The translations under genes were made by a program, and so were the position numbers. The notes beneath the pieces were generated by a model. It did no database searches and was not told where the DNA came from. It worked only from the letters and a program-made list of their open reading frames with translations. From Mobula hypostoma (Eukaryota), in assembly GCF_963921235.1 (NCBI RefSeq), contig NC_086108.1, forward strand, positions 18,972,001 through 19,036,000: 64,000 bases of DNA, written 5' to 3'. Of this stretch, positions 13,190-25,066 are shown in pieces. Position 1 is the stretch's first letter, and each line of letters begins with the position of its first letter.

Positions 13190-13860
13190 TCTCCTCATTA
13201 TCTCCTCAAAACTCATTACTAACCTCCAAGACTTAGGCCTCAGTAACTCCCTGTGCAAATGGATCTTCATTTTCCTCATTGGCAGACCACTGTTAGTATG
13301 GACTGGCAACATCCTCCACAATCACCATCTGCACAGATGCACCAAAGGCTGTATGATTTACACCCCCCGCCCCACTCGATTTAAGAACAAATCCAATGCC
13401 ATGCTTAAGTTTGCGGATGACACCACTGTTATTGGCCAAATCAAAATGGTGATGAATCGTCACATAGGAGAGTGAATGAAAATCTAGTTGAGTGGTGCCA
13501 CAACATCTCACTCAATGTCAGTAAAACCAAAGAGCTGATTATCGGCAACAGGTGAAAGAAGCCTGAAGTCCATCAGCCAGTCCTCATTAGGTGATTAGAG
13601 ATGGAAAGGGTTAATAGCTATACATTCTTTATGTCCTTGGCGACAACATATCAGAATTTATGCCCTTGGACATAAGAGTCATCACAAAGAAGACATGACT
13701 GCAATTCTACTCTCTTAGATGTTTGTGTAGATTTGGCATGTCACCAAAACCTAGGACAAACTCCTGTGCACAGTGGAGAGTATCCTAACAGGTTTATATT
13801 GCAGCCTGACATGGAAACAGTAACACCAAGGAACAGAAAAGGCTGCAGATAGTGGTGGTT
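13190..13860 (+). mobile_element. Rex1/Babar-type LINE relic
   Basis: KLITNLQDLGLSNSLCKWI..FL and LKFADDTTVIG in ORF 13176-13475; KTKELII downstream. Confidence 0.75.
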
Positions 13861-14223
13861 TTGAGAGATTTTACAGAATCAGGCAGCATGGAGGAGGTCT
13901 ATATCTCATAGTTGTCTATGAGTTAGGAAGAGGACATTTAGCCAGCTTTGACTATGGTAGCTCTTAGAATAACTTCTACCCTCCCACCTATGCACATACA
14001 CAGTTCTTTAATCCCAGGACAGGCCTGCAGTCTCCAGTTCCGATCAACTCAGGCCTACAGACATTAAGGCATCACCAGCAGGCTCATTGAGGTTTGCAGA
14101 TTCGAACATCCTAAGCTCTGATTTACAATATTTCAAGGTTCAAGATTTAAGTTTATTTGTCACGCATACATGGAAACATACAGTGAAATGTGTTGCTTGT
14201 GTTAGCAGTCAACACACCCGAGG

Positions 14224-15165
14224 ATGTGTTGGGGGGCAACTCACAGGTGTTGTTCTCGGTGTCGGATGTGGGAGGCCCCGGAGTCTCTAAGCCTCCCGGA
14301 CGTCTACATCTGCACCAAGTGCATCGAGATGCAGCTCCTAAGGGACCGCGTTACGGAACTGGAGCTGCAGCTCGATGACCTTTGTCTGGTCAGGGAGAGT
14401 GAGGAGTTGATAGAGAGGAGTTATAGGCAGGTGGTCACACCGGGGCCACAGGAGGCAGACAAGTGGGTCACGGTTAGGAGGGAGAAGGGGAAGGGTCAGG
14501 TAATAGAGAGTACCCCGGTAGCTGTGCCCCTTAGCAATAGGTACTCCTGTTTGAGTACTGTTGGGGGGGACAGCTTACCCGGGGGAAGCGACAGTGGCCA
14601 TGCCTCCGGTACAGAGTCCGGCCCTGTAGCTCAGAAGAGTAGGGAAAGGAAGAGGAGGGCAGTTGCGATAGGGGACTCGATAGTAAGGGGGTCAGATAGG
14701 CGATTCTGTGGACGCAGTCCAGAGACCCGGATGGTAGTTTGCCTCCCTGGTGCCAGGGTCCGGGATATTTCTGATCGTGTTCAAGATATCCTGAAGTGGG
14801 AGGGTGAGGAGCCAGAGGTCGTGGTACATATAGGTACCAATGACATAGGTAGGAAAAGGGAAGAGGTCCTGAAAGGAGAATATAGGGAGCTAGGAAGGGA
14901 GTTGAGAAAAAGGACCGCAAAGGTAGTAATCTCGGGATTACTGCCTGTGCCACGCGACAGTGAGAGTAGGAATGCGATGAGGTGGAGGATAAATGCGTGG
15001 CTGAGGGATTGGAGCAGGAGGGAGGGATTCAAGTTTTTGGATCATTGGGACCTCTTTTGGCGCAGGCGTGACCTGTACAAAAAGGACGGGTTACACTTGA
15101 ATCCTAGGGGGACCAATATCCTGGCAGGGAGATTAGCGAGGGCTACTGAGGTGACTTTAAACTAG
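14224..15165 (+). CDS. CR1 ORF1p: CxxC...CxxC finger, coiled coil, SGNH/GDSL esterase domain
   Basis: 313-aa open frame with IGDSIVRG, HIGTND and DGLH blocks; the first ~8 codons, including the ATG, come from flanking sequence. Confidence 0.85.
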   Translation: MCWGATHRCCSRCRMWEAPESLSLPDVYICTKCIEMQLLRDRVTELELQLDDLCLVRESEELIERSYRQVVTPGPQEADKWVTVRREKGKGQVIESTPVAVPLSNRYSCLSTVGGDSLPGGSDSGHASGTESGPVAQKSRERKRRAVAIGDSIVRGSDRRFCGRSPETRMVVCLPGARVRDISDRVQDILKWEGEEPEVVVHIGTNDIGRKREEVLKGEYRELGRELRKRTAKVVISGLLPVPRDSESRNAMRWRINAWLRDWSRREGFKFLDHWDLFWRRRDLYKKDGLHLNPRGTNILAGRLARATEVTLN

Positions 15166-18100
15166 AATGGTTGGGGGGTGGGAATCAAATTAAAGAGGAT
15201 AGGCAGGAGGAGGTTAGTTCACAACAGGGGGATGGGAACCAGTGCAGAGAGACAGAGGGGTGTAAAGTGAGGGTAGAAGCAAAAAGTAGTAAGGTGAAAA
15301 GTAAAAGTGGCAGGCCGACAAATCCAGGGCAAGCATCAAAAAGGGCCACTTTTCAACATAATTGTATAAGGGCTAAGAGAGTTGTAAAAGAGCGCCTTAA
15401 GGCTTTGTGTGTCAATGCAAGGAGCATTTGTAACAAGGTGGATGAATTGAAAGTGCAGTTTGTTATTAATGATTATGATATAGTTGGGATCACAGAGACA
15501 TGGCTCCAGGGTGACCAGGGATGGGAGCTCAACGTTTGGGGATATTCAATATTCAGGAGGGATAGACATGAAAGAAAAGGAGGTGGGGTGGCGTTGCTGT
15601 TTAAAGATGAGATTAACGCAATAGAAAGGAAGGACATAAGCCGGGAAGATGTGGAATCGATATGGGTAGAGCTGCGTAACACCAAGGGGCAGAAGACACT
15701 GGTGGGAGTTGTGTACAGGCCACCTAACAGTAGTAGTGAGGTCGGAGATGGTAATAAACAGGAAATCAGAAATGTGTGCAATAAAGGAACAGCAGTTATA
15801 ATGGGTGACTTCAATCTACATGTAGATTGGGTGAACCAAATTGGTAAAGGTGCTGAGGAAGAGGATTTCTTGGAATGTATGCGGGATGGTTTTTTGAACC
15901 AACATGTCGAGGAACCAACTAGAGAGCAGGCTATTCTAGACTGGGTTTTGAGCAATGAGGAAGGGTTAATTAGCAATCTTGTCGTGAGAGGCCTCTTGGG
16001 TAAGAGTGACCATAATATGGTGGAATTCTTCATTAAGATGGAGAGTGACATAGTTAATTCAGAAACAAAGGTTCTGAATTTAAAGAGGGGTAACTTTGAA
16101 GGTATGAGACGTGAATTAGCTAAGATAGACTGGCAAATGACACTTAAAGGATTGACGGTGGATATGCAATGGCAAGCATTTAAGGATTGCATGGACGAAC
16201 TACAACAATTGTTCATCCCAGTTTGGCAAAAGAATAAATCAAGGAAGGTAGTGCACCCGTGGCTGACAAGAGAAATTAGGGATAGTATCAATTCCAAAGA
16301 AGAAGCATACAAATTAGCCAGAAAAAGTGGCTCACCTGAGGACTGGGAGAAATTCAGAGTTCAGCAGAGGAGGACAAAGGGCTTAATTAGGAAGGGGAGA
16401 AAAGATTATGAGAGAAAACTGGCAGGGAACATAAAAACTGACTGTAAAAGCTTTTATAGATATGTAAAAAGGAAAAGACTGGTAAAGACAAATGTAGGTC
16501 CCCTACTGACAGAAACAGGTGAACTGATTATGGGGAGCAGGGACATGGCAGACTAATTGAATAATTACTTTGGTTCTGTCTTCACTGAGGAGGACATAAA
16601 TAATCTTCCAGAAATAGTAGGGGACGGAGGGTCCAGTGAGATGGAGGAACTGAGCGAAATACATGTTAGTAGGGAAGTGGTGTTGGGTAAATTGAAGGGA
16701 TTAAAGGCAGATAAATCCCCAGGGCCAGATGGTCTGCATCCCAGAGTGCTTAAGGAAGTAGCTCAAGAAATAGTGGATGCATTAGTGATAATTTTTCAAA
16801 ACTCGTTAGATTCTGGACTAGTTCCTGAGGATTGGAGGGTGGCTAATGTAACCCCACTTTTTAAAAAAGGGAAAGAGAAACCGGGGAATTATAGACCGGT
16901 TAGCCTAACGTCAGTGGTGGGGAAACCGCTGGAGTCAGTTATCAAAGATGTGATAACAGCACATTTGGAAAGCGGTGAAATCATCGGATAAAGTCAGTAT
17001 GGATTTGTGAAAGGAAAATCATGTCTGACAAATCTCATAGAATTTTTTGAGGATGTAACTAGTAGAGTGGATAGGGGAGAACCAGTGGATGTGGTATATT
17101 TGGATTTTCAAAAGGCTTTTGACAAGGTCCCACATAGGAGATTAGTGTGCAAACTTAAAGCACGCGGTATTGGGGGTAAGGTATTGATGTGGATAGAGAA
17201 TTGGTTAGCAGACAGGAAGCAAAGAGTGGGAATAAACAGGACCTTTTCAGAATGGCAGGCAGTGACTAGTGGGGTACCGCAAGGCTCAGTGCTGGGACCC
17301 CAGTTGTTTACAATATATATTAATGACTTGGATGAGGGAATTAAATGCAGCATCTCCAAGTCTGCGGATGACACGAAGGTGGGCGGCAGTGTTAGCTGTG
17401 AGGAGGATGCTAAGAGGATGCAGGGTGACTTGGATAGGTTGGGTGAGTGGGCAAATTCATGGCAGATGCAACTTAATGTGGATAAATGTGAAGTTATCCA
17501 CTTTGGTGGCAAAAATAGGAAAACAGATTATTATCTGAATGGTGGCCGATTAGGAAAAGGGGAGGTGCAACGAGACCTGGGTGTCATTATACACCAGTCA
17601 TTGAAAGTGGACATGCAGGTACAGCAGGCGGTGAAAAAGGCGAATGGTATGCTGGCATTGATAGCAAGAGGATTCGAGTACAGGAGCAGGGAGGTACTAC
17701 TGCAGTTGTACAAGGCCTTGGTGAGACCACACCTGGAGTATTGTGGGCAGTTTTGGTCCCCTAATCTGAGGAAAGACATCCTTGCCGTAGAGGGAGTACA
17801 AAGAAGGTTCACCAGATTGATTCCTGGGATGGCAGGACTTTCATATGATGAAAGACTGGATGAACTAGGCTTATACTCGTTGGAATTTAGAAGATTGAGG
17901 GGGGGATCTGATTGAAACGTATAAAATCCTAAAGGGATTGGACAGGCTAGATGCAGGAAGATTGTTCCCGATGTTGGGGAAGTCCAGAATGAGGGGTCAC
18001 AGTTTGAGGGTAAAGGGGAAGCCTTTTAGGACCGAGATGAGGAAAAACTTCTTCACACAGAGAGTGGTGAATCTGTGGAATTCTCTGCCACAGGAAACAG

Positions 18101-18297
18101 TTGAGGCCAGTTCATTGGCTATATTTAAGAGGGAGTTAGATATGGCCCTTGTGGCTAAAGGGATCAGGGGGTATGGAGGGAAGGCTGGTGCAGGGTTCTG
18201 AGTTGGTTGATCAGCCATGATCATAATAAATGGCGGTGCAGGCTCGAAGGGCCGAATGGCCTACTCCTGCACCTATTTTCTATGTTTCTATGTTTCT
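14246..18297 (+). mobile_element. Near-full-length young CR1 LINE (5' end truncated at the start of ORF1)
   Basis: ORF1 + ORF2 + 3'UTR with (TTTCTATG)n tail; sits inside an antisense SINE-like element (14130-14245 / 18298-18490). Confidence 0.95.
15171..18201 (+). pseudogene. CR1 ORF2 (APE endonuclease + reverse transcriptase), disrupted
   Basis: In-frame TAA at 16554-16556 and 16989-16991 (Gln codons in the 59414-62126 paralog) and a frameshift in the G-run near 17900; [23 protein letters not shown] motifs. Confidence 0.93.
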
Positions 18298-19389
18298 ACA
18301 TTCCAGCACCAACATAGCTTCACAGAACACAGAACACAACAAGCAACAAAACAACAGGAGCGAAAAACAAGCCTTGTTCCTCTCTCCCACCCATACTCAT
18401 ACACAGTCCTTTAACCCCAGGGCAGGTCCCGACTCAATCCAGCCAAAGGGCCTCAATTTCCAGACTTTTGATGGATGTTCAGACTTCAATCCTCAGCATC
18501 AAGGCTGATGCAGAGCTTCAATCCAAAGTGTCAACAGTACTTTTCCTCCCATAGATGTTGCTCAACCTCCTGAGTTCCTCCAGCAGATTGTTTGTACTCT
18601 CTCAGCAATTGCCCAGTTCTCCTGTCACCCAGCTATACTAGAGGTAGCTTACAGCGACCAATTAACCAACCAACCCACAGTTCCTTGGAATGTGGGAGGA
18701 AACTGAAGCACCCAGAGGAAACCTATGCAGTCACAGGGAGAGCATGCAAACTCCACACAGGCAACACTGGAATTCAGGATTGATCTAAGTCTCTGGCTGT
18801 ATTTCTCAATAAACCATCATTCTTTCTGTAACCATTATGTCCTATTGAAAACAATCCCAGTTTCTGCTTAACTAGGTTCTGAACATCCCATATTATATAA
18901 AAGACCACTCAGCCCATCAAGTTTATGCCAGCCCTCTGAACTATTTTATTCCCCACTTGGTTCCCTGTAACCCATTCCTTCTCATGTGCCTATCAGTTCC
19001 TGATTCTAGCACTACGCGCCCACACTTGGGATAATTATCGACAGCCAATTAAGCTACTAACCAGCATATGTCTGTGATCTGGGAGGAAACTGGGGAAAAT
19101 CTTCCTGAATCTTCAAACTGTTTCATTCTCTTCTAATGCATATTCTTGGCAAAAGTTCTGTTTTATTCTGCCCTAAAAGCAGTATGTGTCACACACTAGG
19201 AATTCAGCCTATACTTTTGACTATCTGGGTATACAAAATCTTGATTCAAAGATAATGAGTTTTGGCACCTGGTTACTCTTTACACAGGCAGCTTCTATTA
19301 TAAATACAGACAGACTGTTTCAAAGGTGATAAAGCTGACAGCAGGAGTAATGCTTTGTGAATTAGGATTGCCGTGGATGTGGTTGCCCT

Positions 19390-19650
19390 TGAACAGAAAA
19401 GCCTACAAAAAGTAAATAAATATCACACTGAGTAATATTTAGTACTGATTTTTTTCTTTTGTTGTATTTGCACAATTTGTTGTCTTTTACACATTGGTTG
19501 TTTGTCAATCTTTGCTGTGTGCAGTTTTCCATTGACTTTATTACATTTCTTTGTATTTACTGTGAATGCCCACAAGAAAATGAATTGCAGGGTAGTATAT
19601 GGTGACATATATGTACTTTGATAATAAACTCAATTGCACTTTGAACACTT
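19390..19650 (+). mobile_element. 3'UTR/tail of Rex1-type LINE or dependent SINE
   Basis: CAAGAAAATGAATTGCAGGGTAGTATATGGTGACATATATGTACTTTGATAATAAA matches 39205-39270. Confidence 0.65.
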
Positions 19651-20974
19651 TAAAATTCTTGAAGGTAAACATATCCAGGCAGAACATTTTTGTTGCCTGT
19701 GTTCTCTGCTGTCAGAGCCAGAATGAGTCAAAGGCAGTGAAAGAGTTAAAGGAAACAAACAGATTTGAAAATAGGCAAGTTTGTCTGGTGTTTCCAGAAT
19801 TCCTCCTTTGCTGAGAGAACAAACATGCCACTTCTTGCTCTCCCTCTGATGTGCCTTCATTCAGCTCCTGGTCCCTCCATTTACCCAGCCATAAAAGCAA
19901 GAGCCTTACCTTCTATGAGGAGCATTTTGCAGCTTCCTGACTTGACAGGTATTCCACTTGCCCACAGCAAGAGGATTAGTTTTCACAGGCTAGTAAAGAG
20001 GCAGGCTCCACAGACACGCCATGCTGAGTTGCTGCCTATCTGCTTTGGTATCTTTGATCAACTGACCATCAATCGCTCTCACTTTCTCCCCAGTCTGAGT
20101 TATGTCAATCTTTAAGAGGGGGAGAAGCATGTGCTTAAGAAAACAGACCAGCATCCAGCACACTCAGACACCAATATATTGCATTTAAAGATAGGATTTA
20201 TTTTTGCCATGTGGGTACACAACTTCATTACAATCTAAAGACCTATCCAAACACTAACACCACACATACGTGTTGCAATGTCAGCAGCACTGGAAGCGCA
20301 TCAGTGAAATCCAGTCCCCATCACATTAAAATATCTACTCTATCCATACCACTTACTCTTCTCACCTTACACAGGCTAACAATGAACACTCAAATTCCAC
20401 CAACCAGAAATGTATTGTTAAAACTGAGACATAAATTAAGACCAGGCACTAATAGGCATCCATCGGTAATTAACAGCTAAAGCAAAAGTTGACTTTCAGT
20501 TCCAGAGCTCACACTGGTCAGTTAATAAGACTTGGCACCTATTTAAGAGATTAGTTTTATTGACGAAGAGAATCCCTAATTGTCCTTAGTCTGTGTTTAG
20601 AACGTGAATATAGGACAATGTCCAGTTCATTGGATTTGAGTCAGATGGCTGGATGTTCCTTCCATAGAAATGTTGTTGAAACAAGGCATCCTACTCAGTG
20701 GCTGTAGTAGTGCCGGATTTAAATGTTACAGAACATCACTGTCCTACTAAATACCAGAAAAAACTATTGCTGGAGTCCCTATTCATTTTCAGCAGCACAG
20801 AATTCATTATTAGAATCCAACACTAATACTGTAGAGAACGTCAGTCCAACTGAACAATGCTGATAGTTTGACACAATATTACATTGCACATTCTAACAGC
20901 ACTTAATAATGTTAAGTAACAGTGAACATTAATGTCATAAGACCATGGGAACACAGGGACAGGAGTGGACTATT

Positions 20975-21640
20975 TCAAATTTCAAAGATTAAATGTATTA
21001 TCAGTGTATATCATGTACAACCTTGAGATTCACCTTCTTGCAGGGACTCACAAAACAAAGAAACACAATAGAATTCACTAAAAAAATACACACAAGACCA
21101 CCACATATCCAAAGTACAAAAGAGGATAAATCATGTGAATAGTAAAAAACAAATAAAAACACATGGAACATGAACTGCAGAGTCTCCAAAAGCGAGTCCA
21201 GAACTGTGGATCCCGTTCAGTGCAGAGGCATGTGAAGCCTGTCTAGGAGCCCGATGGCTGCAGGACAACGACTGCTCCCGAACCTGGCGGAGTGGACCCA
21301 AGACACCTGTACCTCCCCCCCAACGGTAGTAGCAAGACGAAAGGCATCGCTGAACGGCTGTTTGTTTTCTGTTTTCATCCTCAACGATTTTAATCTTCTT
21401 CGACATTTTAATCAGTACGGACTTATTGAACTGACCACGGGTTTATCTCGTTATTAGGCCTCGGCACAGCATCCACCTTGGCTGCCCTGGCCGTACCTGC
21501 ACTCTCAAGAGTCTACTTTGCCAAATCTGGCAAAAATGCCAGATCATTTAGTCGGTTCAAAAGTACATCCTTAAAAGGGAAATTACAGGCTGCAGACTGC
21601 AGCGATCACAGATCAGAAGAATATCTCCCAGAGTATCAGT
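20975..21640 (-). mobile_element. Non-autonomous LINE-derived/SINE element with Rex1-type 3' tail
   Basis: Reverse of the tail at 39205-39277 (ACAACCTTGAGATTCACCTTCTTGCAGG); CpG-richer body. Confidence 0.5.
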
Positions 21641-21689
21641 TTTATGAGCTTTCTGCCATATGTTGTCATTGATCACTGCCAACATTTTG

Positions 21690-22233
21690 CCAATATGTAC
21701 CTAATAAAGTGGCCACTGATTATGTTCATGGTCTTCTGCTGCTGTAGCCCATCCACCTCAAGGTTCAATGTGTTGTGCATTCAAAGATGCTCTTCTGCAC
21801 ACCACTGTTGTAACACATGGTTATTTGAGAGTTACTGTCACCTTCCTGTCAGCTTGAACCAGTCTGGCCATTCTCCTCTACCCTCTCTCATTTATAAGGC
21901 CTTTTCACCACAGAACTGTCACTCACTAGATAGATTTTGTTTATTGCAGCATTCTCTATAAACTCTAGAGATTGTTGTGGGTGAAAATCCCAGGAGATCA
22001 ACAGTTTCTGAGATACTCAAACCACCCTGTCTGGAACCAACAATCATTCCATGGTCAAAGTCACTTAGATTACATTTCTTCCTATTCTAATACTTGGTTT
22101 GAACAAGAACTGAACCTCTTGACCATGTCTGCAGGCTTCTATGCATTGACTTGCTGCTACATAATTGGCTGATTCAATACTTACATTAGCAAGTAGGGGT
22201 ACAGCTGTACCTAATAAAGTGACCATTGGGTAT
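21690..22233. mobile_element. Tc1/mariner IR-DR type terminus (single arm)
   Basis: Direct repeat TGTACCTAATAAAGTG(G/A)CCA at ~21696 and ~22206, the outer one ending at a TA; opposite arm not found. Confidence 0.65.
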
Positions 22234-23899
22234 AGTTATTTATTTTGAAAACTTAGATCTTATCATCTTTTAATCTACCAAATTCTGGGGGGTATATAAA
22301 GCCCTACGTTGGAGGCCAGGTATTATTCTGATAAATATCTCCTCTGATCTCGCCAAGGATATACATTCTCCATGAGTGTAAAGTACAAGACTGTTCACTA
22401 ATGCCAAGTGATCTAACCAGGTTTAATCCACAGCCCTTTGGATACAGAAGTCAGCAGTTAAACAGCCTTTTTATCCATGAGATTTCAATCTACTTTATCT
22501 TTCTGAAATGTAATCTTTTCATCTACACTCCTCAAGGTCACTGGCAGACCATGTTATGTGACTTTCTTCCATAGCACCTAAATTGTTTATGACCATTTGA
22601 AAGGTTGTGGCTCCAACATGGCCCCTTATAGGTCACTTCATGCATGTTCTTCCATTCTGAGTACTTGCCCAGTATCTATAAGCAGAATATTAACATGTAC
22701 GCACACTCTGGCCGAGAACATTAATGTCGAGAAAGGCAAGTTATCATGCAACCTATACAATAGATATTAAAACTCTCCGTGTGTGTCTGTATTTGTGTGC
22801 CCTACACATGTAGTCATACATGTACTCTCTACACATATGAATGCACACATACATTCACACCCACAAACTCCTTTCCTAGAAAACTGCAGGCTTAGGGCAA
22901 TCTAATAGAAACTCATAAATTTATGAAATAGTTTCATAAGATGCTGCAGAGAAAATGGATCCCAAGCTAGAGGGTCTAAGCCACTGATAAACCAGTGAGA
23001 AAGTAGAGAGAAACGTCTTCACTCAGTGAGTGATTACAAGTGGAACTCTATGGTCTTGGAGTAGTTGAGTAGATGACACTTAAGGAGCAGATGGATAACC
23101 CTTTGAGAAGAGAGATAAGAGAGGGTGATGCTGAAAAAGTAAAGTGGGAAGTATCTACAGTATAAGAAGCTAAGCTCAATACTATGCTTTCTGAGGCAAA
23201 AATTGGAAGTAATGCAATGTAACAAACATTGCACAATAATGTCTATCAGCACAGTAGATTGGACTGTGTGTAATCTAACAGTCAACATGCCAGCTGATAA
23301 AATGAATCATCAGGGTACAACAGATATCTATGTTCAATCCAAGATAATACACCAGTACCTCTCATCTCAGCATTCATGGCAATATTCAGTCTATACACTC
23401 GATAATATGGAAGGTGCTTGGAGTGAGTTACAGTGGTGCAGTCAAACAGCATAGAAACAGTCTCTTCAATCCACTGAGTATGTGCCAACCATCAACCACC
23501 TGTTTTTATCACAATCTGACACTAATCCCTTATTTATTCTCTTTAGATCTCATCAACTCCCCGGATTCTTTCACCCATCTACACAATAGAGGCAATTTAC
23601 AGCAACCAGTTAAGCTGCCACCAACACATTTTTGGGACAGGGGACGAAATTGGAGCACTGAAAGGAAACCTATGCAGTCACAGGGAGAATATGCAGGTTC
23701 CACAGTACGTCTTTGGACTGTGGGATATTCATTTGGACAATCAGTTTTCTAAATTATCACATTCTCTGTGCATTCTCTATGGGTACATTCTGCAGTATAA
23801 CTCCAGTATTCTGACACCCTCAGTCTTCAATGGTGTTAGACTGGTAGGTTTGCCAGACTATTGACTGTTTCTTCAAAGATATTACACAATAGTGTAGTA

Positions 23900-24530
23900 A
23901 CAATTCCACTCACGCTGGTCAGTTTAAAGCATAGAAAATAAGGTCCTAGTGAGCATAGCGGGTGTGGGAGCCAGGGCTCTGGTGAGTTTAAAGGGAGCAT
24001 AGAAAACAAGGCCCTAGTGAGCATAGTAAGTTTGGGAGCCAGGGTTCCAGTGAGTTTAAAGGGAGCACAGAAAACAAGGCCCTAGTGAGCATAGTAAGTT
24101 TGGGAGCCAGGGCTCCAGTGAGCTTAAAGGGACTGCAGGACTGAGGTACCAGTGTACAAAAGTGAGCAGGACACCGACCTATAAGTATCCAGCACAGTGA
24201 GGTGTCTGTAAGGAAAGACGCCTGCAAGAGAATGCTGCCGAATAGCAGGAGTACATGCTGAGGAATGTGCTGAAGCTTGGTACAGCCAATACAAAGGCTC
24301 TGTAGGGAAGGTCCACAGTCTAGGCTCCTTTTGCAATAGACCATGGAGGGCTGAGTTGGGTGGGGAAGGCCCTCAAACAACAAAAGGTTATATCACCCCA
24401 GAGGGATGCATGACTGGCAATGGTTCAAGAAAAGTGTTAACACTACTGAATGTATTGAGGGAATAATTATAAAGAGATTTGCACTTTTTTGTGTATCTTA
24501 TGAATAAGGTTTATTTTAATTTTTTTTAAA
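23900..24530 (+). mobile_element. Internally deleted Tx1/L1-clade element (5' tandem repeats joined to ORF2 C-terminus and 3'UTR)
   Basis: 24246-24323 reads QEYMLRNVLKLGTANTKAL*GRSTV*, resembling the Tx1-type ORF2 end as recalled; terminal TATGAATAAGGTTTATTTT. Confidence 0.55.
23921..24135 (+). repeat. 68-bp tandem repeat, ~3 copies
   Basis: AG(T/C)TTAAAG starts at 23921, 23985, 24053 and 24121; units share AGAAAA(C/T)AAGG(C/T)CCTAGTGAGCATAG...GGGAGCCAGGG. Confidence 0.92.
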
Positions 24531-24837
24531 TGGATAGCAAATTAAGGGTGTTTGCTTGCATGCCTTCATCTATGATCTCCAGCATTTCATTCACAGCCAG
24601 GGAGTTTGAAGTGCCCAAGGGTCGCTTTCCTCCAGAAACCTCCAGTACTTCTTATTGGACTTGATACACAATGCAGGACTGCATATGTGCTCCAGTTGTT
24701 ACTAAATCTACTTCCTCATACGTTTGGCCCCTCTCATTTATGAGATTATCATTCTAGCAGTATTTCTGACCACGATTTGGACTTGACCAGTGTACCTAAT
24801 GTCTCCCTTTAATCCTGTCTGAACTTCCACTTTTCCA

Positions 24838-25066
24838 AACAACAGGAATTCTGCAGATGCTGGAAATTCAAGCAACACACATCAAAGTTGCTGGTGAATT
24901 CAGCAAAGCGGTCTCCCAGTCTGCGTCGGGTCTCGCCAATATATAAAAGGCCACATCGGGAGCACCGGACGCAGTATATCACCCCAGTTGACTCACAGGT
25001 GAAGTGTTGCCTCACCTGGAAGGACTGTTTGGGGCCCTGAACTTTCACCAGCAACTTTGATGTGTG
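24838..25066 (-). mobile_element. 229-bp Penelope-like insertion with GIY-YIG fragment
   Basis: 13-bp TSD TTCCACTTTTCCA (24825-24837 and 25067-25079); FTCESTGVIYCVRCSRCGLLYIGETRRRLGDRFAE; PLE terminus on one side, inverted terminus piece on the other. Confidence 0.92.

Noticed and set aside
15473..16312. 279-aa minus-strand ORF and similar hydrophobic antisense ORFs (6930-7292, 30168-30530, 35805-36221, 61412-61810)
   Set aside because: Antisense shadows of purine-rich CR1 ORF2; repetition across copies reflects DNA identity, not a separate gene.
14224..18201. Bacterial RT system (retron, DGR, group II intron) with an esterase partner
   Set aside because: The APE-RT ORF2, esterase ORF1 and microsatellite tail are the standard CR1 LINE layout.
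18500..18595. Additional hammerheads (also ~58195-58260 and ~62260-62285)
   Set aside because: PLE-terminus relics with the core CUGANGA/GAAA and stems destroyed.
23921..24135. CRISPR-like array
   Set aside because: Units repeat over their whole length with no unique spacers, there are no cas genes, and the context is eukaryotic.
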